In this document: positions 29,822 to 38,460 of the stretch, one piece after another
Numbering within the stretch: position 1 is the stretch's first letter
Layout of the letters: the number at the start of each line of letters is the position of its first letter
Assembly: GCA_963752475.1 (NCBI GenBank)
Contig: CAVVYR010000008.1
Span: forward strand, 416,001-480,000
Length of the DNA: 64,000 nucleotides
From: an uncultured Chloroflexia bacterium
GTDB lineage: Bacteria > Chloroflexota > Limnocylindria > Limnocylindrales > CSP1-4
Reading direction: 5' to 3'
The notes under the pieces: generated by a model
Told to the model about the DNA's origin: nothing
Database searches by the model: none
Seen by the model: only the letters and a program-made list of their open reading frames with translations
Translations under genes and position numbers: made by a program

Positions 29822-31405
29822 GTGAGCCGCGCCTCCCGGGCAGTGATGATGGCAGCTCTCTGTCTGGGCGTGCTGCTCGTCGGCATCGAGCTCTTCATCA
29901 CGGCGGTCGCCCTGCCGGAGATCTTCTTCGACCTCTCCGGTTGGGCCGAGCTGCGGCGCGCGTCCTGGATCATCACCGCCTATCTCGTGGCCTACATCGC
30001 GGCCATGCCGCTCGCGGGGCGGGCCTCGGACCGATTCGGACTGCCGGGGCTGATGATCGGGGCGCTCATCCTTTTCGCCATCGGCTCCGTCATCTGTGGT
30101 GCCTCCGGCACGCTCGAGATGCTCGTCTTCGGGCGCGTCGTCCAGGGTGCCGGTGCCGGCGCCATCCTGCCCGTGGCTACGGCCGGCGCCAGCCACCTCT
30201 ACGAGGGCCACACTCGCTCGCGCGCCCTGGGGCTCATCGGTGCGGCCACGTTCCTGGGGATGGCCGTCGGGCCGGTGCTGGGCGCGCTCATCCTGGAGCA
30301 CCTGCAGTTGCGTGACGCGCTGGCTTCGGCCGGTGTCTGGGGCGGCACGCTCGTCGACCTCCTCACCCCAGCCTGGCGTTGGGTCTTCTACATCACCGCA
30401 CCCCTGGCCATCCTCGCGGCCATCTATGTCTGGGCCGCCGAGCCCGGCTGGGACGTAGCGCCCGGGAGCTCACGCCTCGACGGCTTGGGAGCCGCGCTCT
30501 TCAGCGTCGCGCTCACGGCGGGCCTCCTGGCCATCACGCTCATCGGTGATGAGCCCGGCGATCTGCCGGTCATCCCCATCGCCGCGGTCATCGCCGTCGT
30601 CGCCGGCGTGCTCGCGGTGTGGCACATGCTGCGCACGCCGGAGCCGTTCCTCGATCTGCGGCTCTTCGCCGACCGCGTCTTCAGCGGCGCGGTGCTGGTA
30701 TCGCTCCTTACGGGCTACGCCCTGGCCACGGCCATCGTGGGCATGGCCGCCTTCATCGATCGAGTCCGCTTCGCCGGGCCCGAGGAGCAGGGTCTGGTGC
30801 TGGGGCCGATGGCGCTGTTCATGGCCATCGGCGCCTTCCTCTCCGGCTTCCTCATGCGCCGGTTCGATGGCACGGCCGTGACGCTCGTGGGCTTGGCGGC
30901 CTCGGTCGGCGGCCTGCTCTGGCTGTCGACCACGCGCATCGACACCGAGCTCTGGATCCCGGTGGCTTCGCTCTCGCTCTTCGGGCTGGGCTTCGGGCTG
31001 ACGGTCACACCACGCTCCATGGCCGCGGTCGAATCGGCCGGCCGGGATGCGTTCGGCGCCGCCAGCGCCGCGGTCACCGTCGCACGCATGGCCGGCATGG
31101 CCATCGGCATGGCCGTGCTCACGGCCTTCGGCACGACCCGCATCGACCAGACCACCAAGGCCCTCGACGACCAGGAGTATCGCGATGCCATCCTGCCCGC
31201 CGACCTGGTGGGCCAGCCGCTGGGCGACCCGCTGGTGCTCGACGCCATCGAGCGCTGGGCCTCGGCCGAGGCCGCGGAAGTGCTGGGCCAGCTGTTCGTG
31301 GTGGCCGCCATCGTCCTGGTCGTCACCGCCGTCCCGGCCTGGCTCATGCGCGAGCGCGACGGCGCTCATGAAGCCGAAGAGGAAGAGGAAGTCGTTGCCT
31401 TCTAG
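29822..31405 (+). CDS. MFS transporter (DHA2/EmrB-like)
   Basis: WIITAY, GRASDRFG, GRVVQG, WRWVFYI, PFLDLRLF; about 14 TM helices. Confidence 0.9.
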   Translation: MSRASRAVMMAALCLGVLLVGIELFITAVALPEIFFDLSGWAELRRASWIITAYLVAYIAAMPLAGRASDRFGLPGLMIGALILFAIGSVICGASGTLEMLVFGRVVQGAGAGAILPVATAGASHLYEGHTRSRALGLIGAATFLGMAVGPVLGALILEHLQLRDALASAGVWGGTLVDLLTPAWRWVFYITAPLAILAAIYVWAAEPGWDVAPGSSRLDGLGAALFSVALTAGLLAITLIGDEPGDLPVIPIAAVIAVVAGVLAVWHMLRTPEPFLDLRLFADRVFSGAVLVSLLTGYALATAIVGMAAFIDRVRFAGPEEQGLVLGPMALFMAIGAFLSGFLMRRFDGTAVTLVGLAASVGGLLWLSTTRIDTELWIPVASLSLFGLGFGLTVTPRSMAAVESAGRDAFGAASAAVTVARMAGMAIGMAVLTAFGTTRIDQTTKALDDQEYRDAILPADLVGQPLGDPLVLDAIERWASAEAAEVLGQLFVVAAIVLVVTAVPAWLMRERDGAHEAEEEEEVVAF

Positions 31406-32267
31406 CGACCAACTCAGCGCGGACGACCTCGACTTCGCCTCCGCCGCCGACGCGCTGGAGCTCGTGCGGTCGTCGACCGATGGCCGGCTGCTGCTTGCCT
31501 GCGACTTCGACGGGACGATCTCGCATCTGAGCCTGGACATGTGGCGCTCGACCGTCATCCCCGCGGCCCAGCGTGCGCTGCGCAGCCTCGCCGCCGCCGA
31601 TGACACCCACGTCGCCTTCATCTCCGGACGCACCGTGGCCGACCTCGCCGGGCGGATCGGCGTCGGCAGCGCGACCTACCACGGTGACCATGGGGCCGAA
31701 TGGGCCAGCGCCGGGCGCGGCTTCCGGCCTGACCGACTGCGCATCGAGCACGAGCCCGTGGCCGTCGACGTACAAGCCATGGCTGACCGACTCAAGGTCG
31801 AGGTGCCGCCGATGGTCGCTCAGGAGTGGCTGGCGCTCGAGGACAAGGGCTCGGCGCTCTCATTCCACTTCCGCAGGGCGCCCGATGTCGACGCCGCTCG
31901 GGCGAAGGTACGGGCGGCCGTCGATGCAGTCGACCGCGAGGGGCTGCTCGACCAGCCGGGTGGCGTCCACATGTGGGAGCTGCGCCCGCCCGAGGCGACC
32001 ACGAAGCGCCAGGCGCTCGAACGGCTCATCGATGAGCGACGGCCCGACCTGGTCGTGATGCTCGGTGACGACCGCAATGATGTGGCTGCCTTCGGGGCGA
32101 TCCATGATGCGCGCGCGTCCGATGGCGTGGACGGGCTCGCGGCAGGCGTCCTCAGCCGGGCCTCCGACCCTGCGCAGCTGGCGCAGGCCTCTGACGTGGT
32201 CTTCGCCGGCGCACACGTGAGCGCTCGCTTCCTGACCCTGCTGGCGCGCGAGCGCAGCCGCCGCTGA
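31368..32267 (+). CDS. otsB: Trehalose-6-phosphate phosphatase-like HAD enzyme
   Basis: DFDGT, ISGR, GDHGAE, EDKG..HFR, GDDRND motifs; start may be TTG 31395. Confidence 0.8.
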   Translation: MKPKRKRKSLPSSDQLSADDLDFASAADALELVRSSTDGRLLLACDFDGTISHLSLDMWRSTVIPAAQRALRSLAAADDTHVAFISGRTVADLAGRIGVGSATYHGDHGAEWASAGRGFRPDRLRIEHEPVAVDVQAMADRLKVEVPPMVAQEWLALEDKGSALSFHFRRAPDVDAARAKVRAAVDAVDREGLLDQPGGVHMWELRPPEATTKRQALERLIDERRPDLVVMLGDDRNDVAAFGAIHDARASDGVDGLAAGVLSRASDPAQLAQASDVVFAGAHVSARFLTLLARERSRR

Positions 32268-32404
32268 GGATCCCGCTTGCCGGGTTCCCGTGACCGCACC
32301 GTCGAGCTCAGCGCATCCGTTCGAGCGATGAGCCCGATCGCTCCGCCCGGCGCAAGGCTCTGCGCAAGGTGCGAGCCGCGACGAGCCCGTCGAGGGCTAG
32401 GCGC

Positions 32405-33934
32405 CTAGAACTCGATCAGTGCCACGAGGCCCTGGGCAGCAGCCTCGGTCCACTCCAGGATGGCGGCGGTGACCGGCGGCACGAGGCCGATGACGATGAC
32501 CGCCACGGCGGCCACGATGAGCCCGGCTCGCGTGACCGTGCCGATGCTGACCTCCGGCGCGTCCTCGGCCGGCTTGCGCATGTACATGTAGACCACCACG
32601 CGCAGGTAGTAGAACGCGGCCATGGCGGCGTTGAGCATCATCAACACCGCCAGCAGGGTCACGGGGCCGCCGACCTCAAGGGCCGAGAGCACGACCGTCA
32701 TCTTGGCGAAGAAGCCGGCCAGCGGCGGGATGCCCACCAGCGACAGCAGGAAGACCGTCATCAGCAGCGCCAGCACCGGCGCGCGGTAGCCCAGGCCGGT
32801 GAAGGTGGCGATCTGGCTGGTGATGCCCGGCCGTCGCTGCAGCGCGGCCACGACGGCGAAGGCGCCGAGGTTCATGAAGGCGTAGGCGATCGCGTAGAAG
32901 AGCACGCCCTGCACGCCGGACGCGGCGACCGCCGGGTCCTCGGCGGTGGCGAAGACCACCAGGCCGACCATCATGTAGCCGGTATGGGCGATCGACGAGT
33001 AGGCCAGCATGCGCTTGATGTTGTCCTGGCCCAGTGCGGCCAGGTTGCCCACGGTCATGGTCAGCGCCGCGAGCACGCCCACGACCAGCGCCCACTCACC
33101 GCGCAGCGGCCCGAGGGCTTCCACGAAGATGCGCAGGATCAATGCGAAGGCGGCGATCTTGGGACCCACCGAGAGGTAGCCCGTGACCGGCGTCGGTGAG
33201 CCCTGGTAGGCGTCGGGTGTCCAGTAGTGGAAGGGCACCGCGGCGATCTTGAAGAGCACGCCCACCGCCAGCATCGCCAGGCCCATGGCCAGCGCCAGCG
33301 GTAGCGCCTGGTCGCCGCTCAGCACGCCCTCGAGCTCGGTGGCGATGCCAGCCAGCTGCGTATTGCCGGTGAAGCCCAGCACGAAGGCCAGGCCGAACAG
33401 CAGGATCGCGCTGGAGAACGAGCCCAGCAGGAAGTACTTGATCGCGCCCTCGGTCGAGAGCCCGTCGCGCTTGGCGAAGCCTGCCAGCAGATAGCCTGGC
33501 AGCACCAGCAACTCCAGGCCGATGAAGAGGATCAGCAGGTCCTGACCGCCGGCGATGAGCATGCCGCCCGAGACGGCGAACAGCAGCGTGGCCGTGAACT
33601 CGGGCAGGGGCAGCTTGCGCGGCGTCAGGTAGTCAGGTGCGAAGAGCAGCGTGAGGATGGCGATCGAGATGAGCACCAGGTCAAGCAGCGCCGTCAGCAT
33701 GTCGCGGGTGTAGAGCGCGGGATCGCCGAAGGACGCGGCCTCGGCGAGGGCGCCGATATCCCAGGGCATGGGCCCGATGAGCAACGTCGCGACCAGGGCC
33801 ACCACGAGTCCGCCCAGGCCGAGGCCGAGGATGACGTCGTCGCGCCTGGGCAGGAATAGGTCGACGAGGATGACGAGCAGGGCCAGGGCTACCACCAGCG
33901 CGAAGGGGAGCAGGGTCAGCATCTCGTCACTCAT
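32405..33934 (-). CDS. nuoN: Complex I subunit N
   Basis: EGAIKYFLLG, FKIAAVPFHYWTPDAYQGSPT, KRMLAYSSIAH. Confidence 0.96.
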   Translation of the reverse strand: MSDEMLTLLPFALVVALALLVILVDLFLPRRDDVILGLGLGGLVVALVATLLIGPMPWDIGALAEAASFGDPALYTRDMLTALLDLVLISIAILTLLFAPDYLTPRKLPLPEFTATLLFAVSGGMLIAGGQDLLILFIGLELLVLPGYLLAGFAKRDGLSTEGAIKYFLLGSFSSAILLFGLAFVLGFTGNTQLAGIATELEGVLSGDQALPLALAMGLAMLAVGVLFKIAAVPFHYWTPDAYQGSPTPVTGYLSVGPKIAAFALILRIFVEALGPLRGEWALVVGVLAALTMTVGNLAALGQDNIKRMLAYSSIAHTGYMMVGLVVFATAEDPAVAASGVQGVLFYAIAYAFMNLGAFAVVAALQRRPGITSQIATFTGLGYRAPVLALLMTVFLLSLVGIPPLAGFFAKMTVVLSALEVGGPVTLLAVLMMLNAAMAAFYYLRVVVYMYMRKPAEDAPEVSIGTVTRAGLIVAAVAVIVIGLVPPVTAAILEWTEAAAQGLVALIEF

Positions 33935-35484
33935 CGCAGCAGCCTCGCGGTCGCCTCGGAGACCTCGTCAGCCGCGCTCTCGACGATGGCCAGCACGTCC
34001 TCGACCGGTGCCTGCGTCAGGTCCAGCACCAGCGCCGGGAAGAGGCCCAGCGCCACCGCCAGCAGCACCAGTGGCGCCAGCGTGGCAGCTTCGATGCGGT
34101 CGACGTCGGTGAGCTTGTCACCGAGTGACTTCAGGAAGTCGGTGACGTCGCCCATGATGATGTTCTGGACCATGTACAGCAGATAGACGGCCGCGAAGAT
34201 GATGGTGAAGGCGGCCACGTAGCCGACCCACGGCTCCCAGGTGACGGCGCCGAGGATGACCAGGAACTCGCCCACGAAGCCGGCCAGGCCGGGCAGTCCG
34301 GCTGAGGCCAGGCTGAAGAAGACCATCAGGGTCGCGAACACCGGGACCCGCTGCCCCAGGCCGCCCATCTTGGCGATGGTGCGGTCGTGGGTGCGCTCGT
34401 AGATCACACCCACGAGCAGGAAGAGGGCGCCGGTGATCACACCATGGCCGACCATCTGGAAGATGGCGCCCTGCACGCCCTGCTCGTTGAGCACGAAGAT
34501 GCCCAGGGTCACGAAGCCCATGTGGCTGACCGAGGAGTAGGCGATGAGGCGCTTGAGGTCCGTCTGACGGATGGCCACGATGGCGCCGTAGAGCATGCCC
34601 ACGATCGAGAGCGCGATGATGAAGGGCGCCAGGTCCTGCGTGGCGTCGGGGAAGAGCGGCAGGTTCATGCGGATGAGCCCGTAGCCACCGAGCTTCAGCA
34701 GCACGCCGGCGAGGATGACCGAACCCGCGGTTGGGGCCTCGGTGTGAGCATCGGGCAGCCACGTGTGGACCGGCCACATCGGTACCTTGATGGCGAAGGC
34801 CAGGAAGAAGCCCAGGAAGGCCCAGAACTGGAGCGTGGGATCGAAGCCGGCCTCCACCAGCGTCACGTAGTCGAAGGCACCGGTCCAATCACCGCCGTTC
34901 TGGCCCTGATAGGTGAAGGCCAGCGCGAGGATGGCCACCAGCATCAGCAGCGAGCCGACGAGCGTGTAGATGACGAACTTGATGGTGGCGTAGATGCGGT
35001 TGGCGCCGCCCCAGATGCCGATGATCAGATACATCGGCACGAGCACCACTTCCCAGAAGACGTAGAAGAGGAAGGTGTCGAGCGCGAGGAAGACGCCGAG
35101 CATGCCCACCTCGAGCACGAGGAAGGAGATCATGTACTCCTTCACCCGCGTCTTGATGGGTCCGAACGAGGCCAGGATGCTGATCGAGGTCAGCAGCGTC
35201 GTGAGCAGGATGAGCACCAGGCTGATGCCGTCCACACCGACCTTGTACTGGATGCCGAAGAAGCCGATCCAGTCGACCGCCTGCACCAGCTGGAAGCCTT
35301 CGCGCTCGTTGTCGAAGCTCACCGCCACGAGCAGCGAAAGGGCGAGGGCCACGAGCGAGATAGCGAGAGCACCCCAGCGATGGAGATCCACGCGCTTGTT
35401 GGGCACGAAGAGCAGGATCAGGGCGCCCACCAGCGGCGTGAAGATCAGCAGGGTGAGCCAGTCGAGGCGGTCGAGGAACTCCAT
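33931..35484 (-). CDS. nuoM: Complex I subunit M
   Basis: VDGIS, FYVFWE, HTWLPDAHTEAP, KRLIAYSSVSH, GFVGE. Confidence 0.96.
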   Translation of the reverse strand: MEFLDRLDWLTLLIFTPLVGALILLFVPNKRVDLHRWGALAISLVALALSLLVAVSFDNEREGFQLVQAVDWIGFFGIQYKVGVDGISLVLILLTTLLTSISILASFGPIKTRVKEYMISFLVLEVGMLGVFLALDTFLFYVFWEVVLVPMYLIIGIWGGANRIYATIKFVIYTLVGSLLMLVAILALAFTYQGQNGGDWTGAFDYVTLVEAGFDPTLQFWAFLGFFLAFAIKVPMWPVHTWLPDAHTEAPTAGSVILAGVLLKLGGYGLIRMNLPLFPDATQDLAPFIIALSIVGMLYGAIVAIRQTDLKRLIAYSSVSHMGFVTLGIFVLNEQGVQGAIFQMVGHGVITGALFLLVGVIYERTHDRTIAKMGGLGQRVPVFATLMVFFSLASAGLPGLAGFVGEFLVILGAVTWEPWVGYVAAFTIIFAAVYLLYMVQNIIMGDVTDFLKSLGDKLTDVDRIEAATLAPLVLLAVALGLFPALVLDLTQAPVEDVLAIVESAADEVSEATARLLR

Positions 35485-37541
35485 CAGCGGGCCATCAGGA
35501 TGAAGAGCGTCGCGATGACGACGAGGCCGATGGCGATGCCAAGGGCGTAGTTCTGTACTCGGCCGGTCTGGATCTGCCGTACGTCGTCACCGATACGCTG
35601 GGTGACCGCGCCAACGCCGTTGACCACGCCGTCGATGACCTTCACGTCGAACCACATGACGCCGTTGGCCACGCGTCCACCGATGACGTAGAAGAGGAGG
35701 TGGTTGAGCTCGTCGAAGTACCACTTGTTGAGCGAGCCGGTGTAGAGGAAGCGGCTGACCCGGTTGCGCTCAGCCAGGCTCTCAACGGTCTCGAGGCGGG
35801 CGCGTGTGTTGAAGACGCCGAAGAGCCAGATGGCCGCGCCGATGCCAAGGGCGGCCATGGCCACCGAGATGATCAGCAGCGCGCCGTTCAGGCCGAAGAA
35901 CTCGTACTCCGGGAAGGAGATGCCGAGGATGGCCTCACCGGGGTGGAACACCGGTTCGAGCCACTTCTTGATGGGCGAGGTGCCAAGGAGCGGTCCACCC
36001 GGGTCGAAGGCGACCTTGCCGGCGTCGTTGACGAAGAGCCCGGTGCCGATGATGAGGCCGAGGAAGGTCGTAGGGATGGCCAGCAGCACGAGCGGCCCGA
36101 CCATCGAGGGCGGTGACTCGTGGACCTTGGGCTCGATCTCCGGATCGACCCGACTCTTGCCGTAGAAGGTCAGGCCCATGAGTCGGAACATATAGAAGCC
36201 GGTGAGGGCGGCCACGATGATGCCCACGATGAACACCGGCCACCAGCCAAGGACGAAGGCTTCGTCGAGGATGAGGTCCTTCGAGAAGAAGCCCGCGAAG
36301 AGCGGGATACCGGCGAGCGACAGGGAGCCGAGGAGGAACGTCGCGTGCGTCCACGGGATCCTGCGCCAGAGTCCGCCCATCTTGGTCATGTCCTGCTCTT
36401 CGTGCATCGCGTGGATGACCGAGCCGGAGCCGAGGAAGAGCAGGCCCTTGGTGAAGCCGTGGGCCATGAGGTGGAAGATCGCCGCCAGCCAGGCACCCAC
36501 GCCCAGGGCCATGAACATGTAGCCCAGCTGGCTGAGGGTGGAGTAGGCCAGAACGCGCTTGATGTCCTTCTGGGTCAGCGCGATGGTCGCGGCCAGGACC
36601 GCGGTGAAGGTGCCCAGGAGAGCCACCAGCAGCAGGGCCTCGGGCGCTGAGGCGAAGATGGGCGTGGTGCGGGCGATGAAGTAGACGCCGGCGTTGACCA
36701 TGGTGGCCGCATGGATGAGCGCGGAGACCGGCGTGGGGCCCTCCATCGCATCGGGCAGCCAGACATGGAAGGGGAACTGAGCGCTCTTGCCGGCCGCGCC
36801 GACGAAGAGGAGCACGGCCACGGTGTTGCGAACGAGCGGGTCGGCCGACGCGGTATTCCACGCCCCGAAGGACTCGAAGATGTCCATCGTGCCGGTGATG
36901 AGGAAGACGCCGATGATGCCGACGAGGAAGCCGTGGTCGGCGACGCGGTTGACAAGGAACGCCTTCTTCGAAGCCAGCGCCGGTGCGCGCTTCGTGTACC
37001 AGAAGCCGATCAGCAGGTAGGACGAGAGGCCCACCAGCTCCCACGCGCCGAAGACGACCAGGTAGCTGCTCGCGAGCACCAGCAGGAGCATCGAGAACAT
37101 GAACAGGTTGAGGTAGGCGAAGAAGCGCCACTTCGACGGGTCGTGCTCCATGTAGCCGATGCTGTAGATGTGCACCAGTGCGCCGATCCAGGTGACCACG
37201 ATGAGCATCAGCGCCGAGAGGTTGTCGAGCACGAACCCGAACTCGACCTGCAGATCGCCCACGCCGACCCAGGTGTAGAACATGTGCGCGATGCCGTGCT
37301 CGCCGTAGGCACCGGAGAGTTGCTGGAAGGCGAGGTACGTGGCCACCAGCGTCGCAGCCACGATGGCGCCCACCGAGATGACCCACGGCCGCGAGAGGCG
37401 CCGGCCGACGAGACCCGTGAGCAGGAAGCCGGCCAGCGGCAGGCCCAGCACGAGCAGGATGAGGAACGTCTCGAGCTCGCCTGCGGGCCCGGGCGGGATG
37501 AAGAGCTCGCCGCCCTCCTCCGCGTTGAAGATCAGGTCCAT
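35484..37541 (-). CDS. nuoL: Complex I subunit L
   Basis: GKSAQFP..WLPDAMEGPTPVSALIHAATMV, QTGRVQNY. Confidence 0.96.
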   Translation of the reverse strand: MDLIFNAEEGGELFIPPGPAGELETFLILLVLGLPLAGFLLTGLVGRRLSRPWVISVGAIVAATLVATYLAFQQLSGAYGEHGIAHMFYTWVGVGDLQVEFGFVLDNLSALMLIVVTWIGALVHIYSIGYMEHDPSKWRFFAYLNLFMFSMLLLVLASSYLVVFGAWELVGLSSYLLIGFWYTKRAPALASKKAFLVNRVADHGFLVGIIGVFLITGTMDIFESFGAWNTASADPLVRNTVAVLLFVGAAGKSAQFPFHVWLPDAMEGPTPVSALIHAATMVNAGVYFIARTTPIFASAPEALLLVALLGTFTAVLAATIALTQKDIKRVLAYSTLSQLGYMFMALGVGAWLAAIFHLMAHGFTKGLLFLGSGSVIHAMHEEQDMTKMGGLWRRIPWTHATFLLGSLSLAGIPLFAGFFSKDLILDEAFVLGWWPVFIVGIIVAALTGFYMFRLMGLTFYGKSRVDPEIEPKVHESPPSMVGPLVLLAIPTTFLGLIIGTGLFVNDAGKVAFDPGGPLLGTSPIKKWLEPVFHPGEAILGISFPEYEFFGLNGALLIISVAMAALGIGAAIWLFGVFNTRARLETVESLAERNRVSRFLYTGSLNKWYFDELNHLLFYVIGGRVANGVMWFDVKVIDGVVNGVGAVTQRIGDDVRQIQTGRVQNYALGIAIGLVVIATLFILMAR

Positions 37542-37547
37542 CCCCGC

Positions 37548-37859
37548 CTACTCCTTCATCGACGCGTACTCGTCGACGAGCGGCGTCCTGCGGTTGCGGT
37601 AGATGGCGATGACGATGGCCAGGCCCACGGTGGCCTCGCCGGCGGCGACGGCGATGACGAACAGCGCGATGCTCGAGGCGTGGGCCGCGAAGTCGGGCGT
37701 GAAGGCGCCGAAGGCGATGATGGCCAGGTTGACCGAGTTGAGCATGATCTCGATGGACATGAGCATGGCGATGGCGTTGCGCTTGGCCAGGAAGCCGAAG
37801 GCGCCGATGCCGAAGAGCATGACCGCCAGGATGAGGTAGGCCTCGAGCGACTGGCTCAT
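37548..37859 (-). CDS. nuoK: Complex I subunit K
   Basis: MSIEIMLN, AAGEATVGLA. Confidence 0.95.
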   Translation of the reverse strand: MSQSLEAYLILAVMLFGIGAFGFLAKRNAIAMLMSIEIMLNSVNLAIIAFGAFTPDFAAHASSIALFVIAVAAGEATVGLAIVIAIYRNRRTPLVDEYASMKE

Positions 37860-38437
37860 GCGCTCTCATCCTCATCGGGCACGGGCCTGCCGGGCTGGTT
37901 GGTCTGCGGCATGTCGTCGTCGCGCTTGGCCACGTAGAGCCCGCCGATCACGCCCGCGAGCAGGAGCACGCCCAGTGCCAGGAAGGCGAACATGTACTCC
38001 TCGTAGACCGTCAGCGCGATCTCGCGCGCCTCGGCCACCTGCACCGTGCTGGTCGCGTCCCACTCGGTGAGCATCACCGACGTGATCATCAGGAAGACGA
38101 GCACGATGGCGGCGAGGGCGCCGGCCCACCATTGGCGGTTGAAGACGAGCTTGGCCGGCCCGCGCTTGGAGTGCGTGATCATCACCGCGAAGAGGATGAG
38201 CACGGCCACGGCCCCGACATACGTGAGTACCTGGCTGATGGCCAGGAAGGCGCTGCCGAGCATGCCGTAGATGCCTGCGAGGGCGGCGAAGGACAGGATG
38301 AGCCAGAGCGCCGACCGGATGATGTCCCGGCCGAGCACGACGAGCAGCGCGGAGCCCAGTGTCACGCCGGCGAGCAGCAGGAAGACGAAGTCATCCCAGC
38401 GCCAGTCGAGATACGGGACCGTCCCCGGTAGCTCCAC
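37856..38437 (-). CDS. nuoJ: Complex I subunit J
   Basis: SALWL, QVLTYVGAVAVLILF. Confidence 0.93.
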   Translation of the reverse strand: MELPGTVPYLDWRWDDFVFLLLAGVTLGSALLVVLGRDIIRSALWLILSFAALAGIYGMLGSAFLAISQVLTYVGAVAVLILFAVMITHSKRGPAKLVFNRQWWAGALAAIVLVFLMITSVMLTEWDATSTVQVAEAREIALTVYEEYMFAFLALGVLLLAGVIGGLYVAKRDDDMPQTNQPGRPVPDEDESA

Positions 38438-38460
38438 TCCCTCTCCGAACCCCCTGTCGA

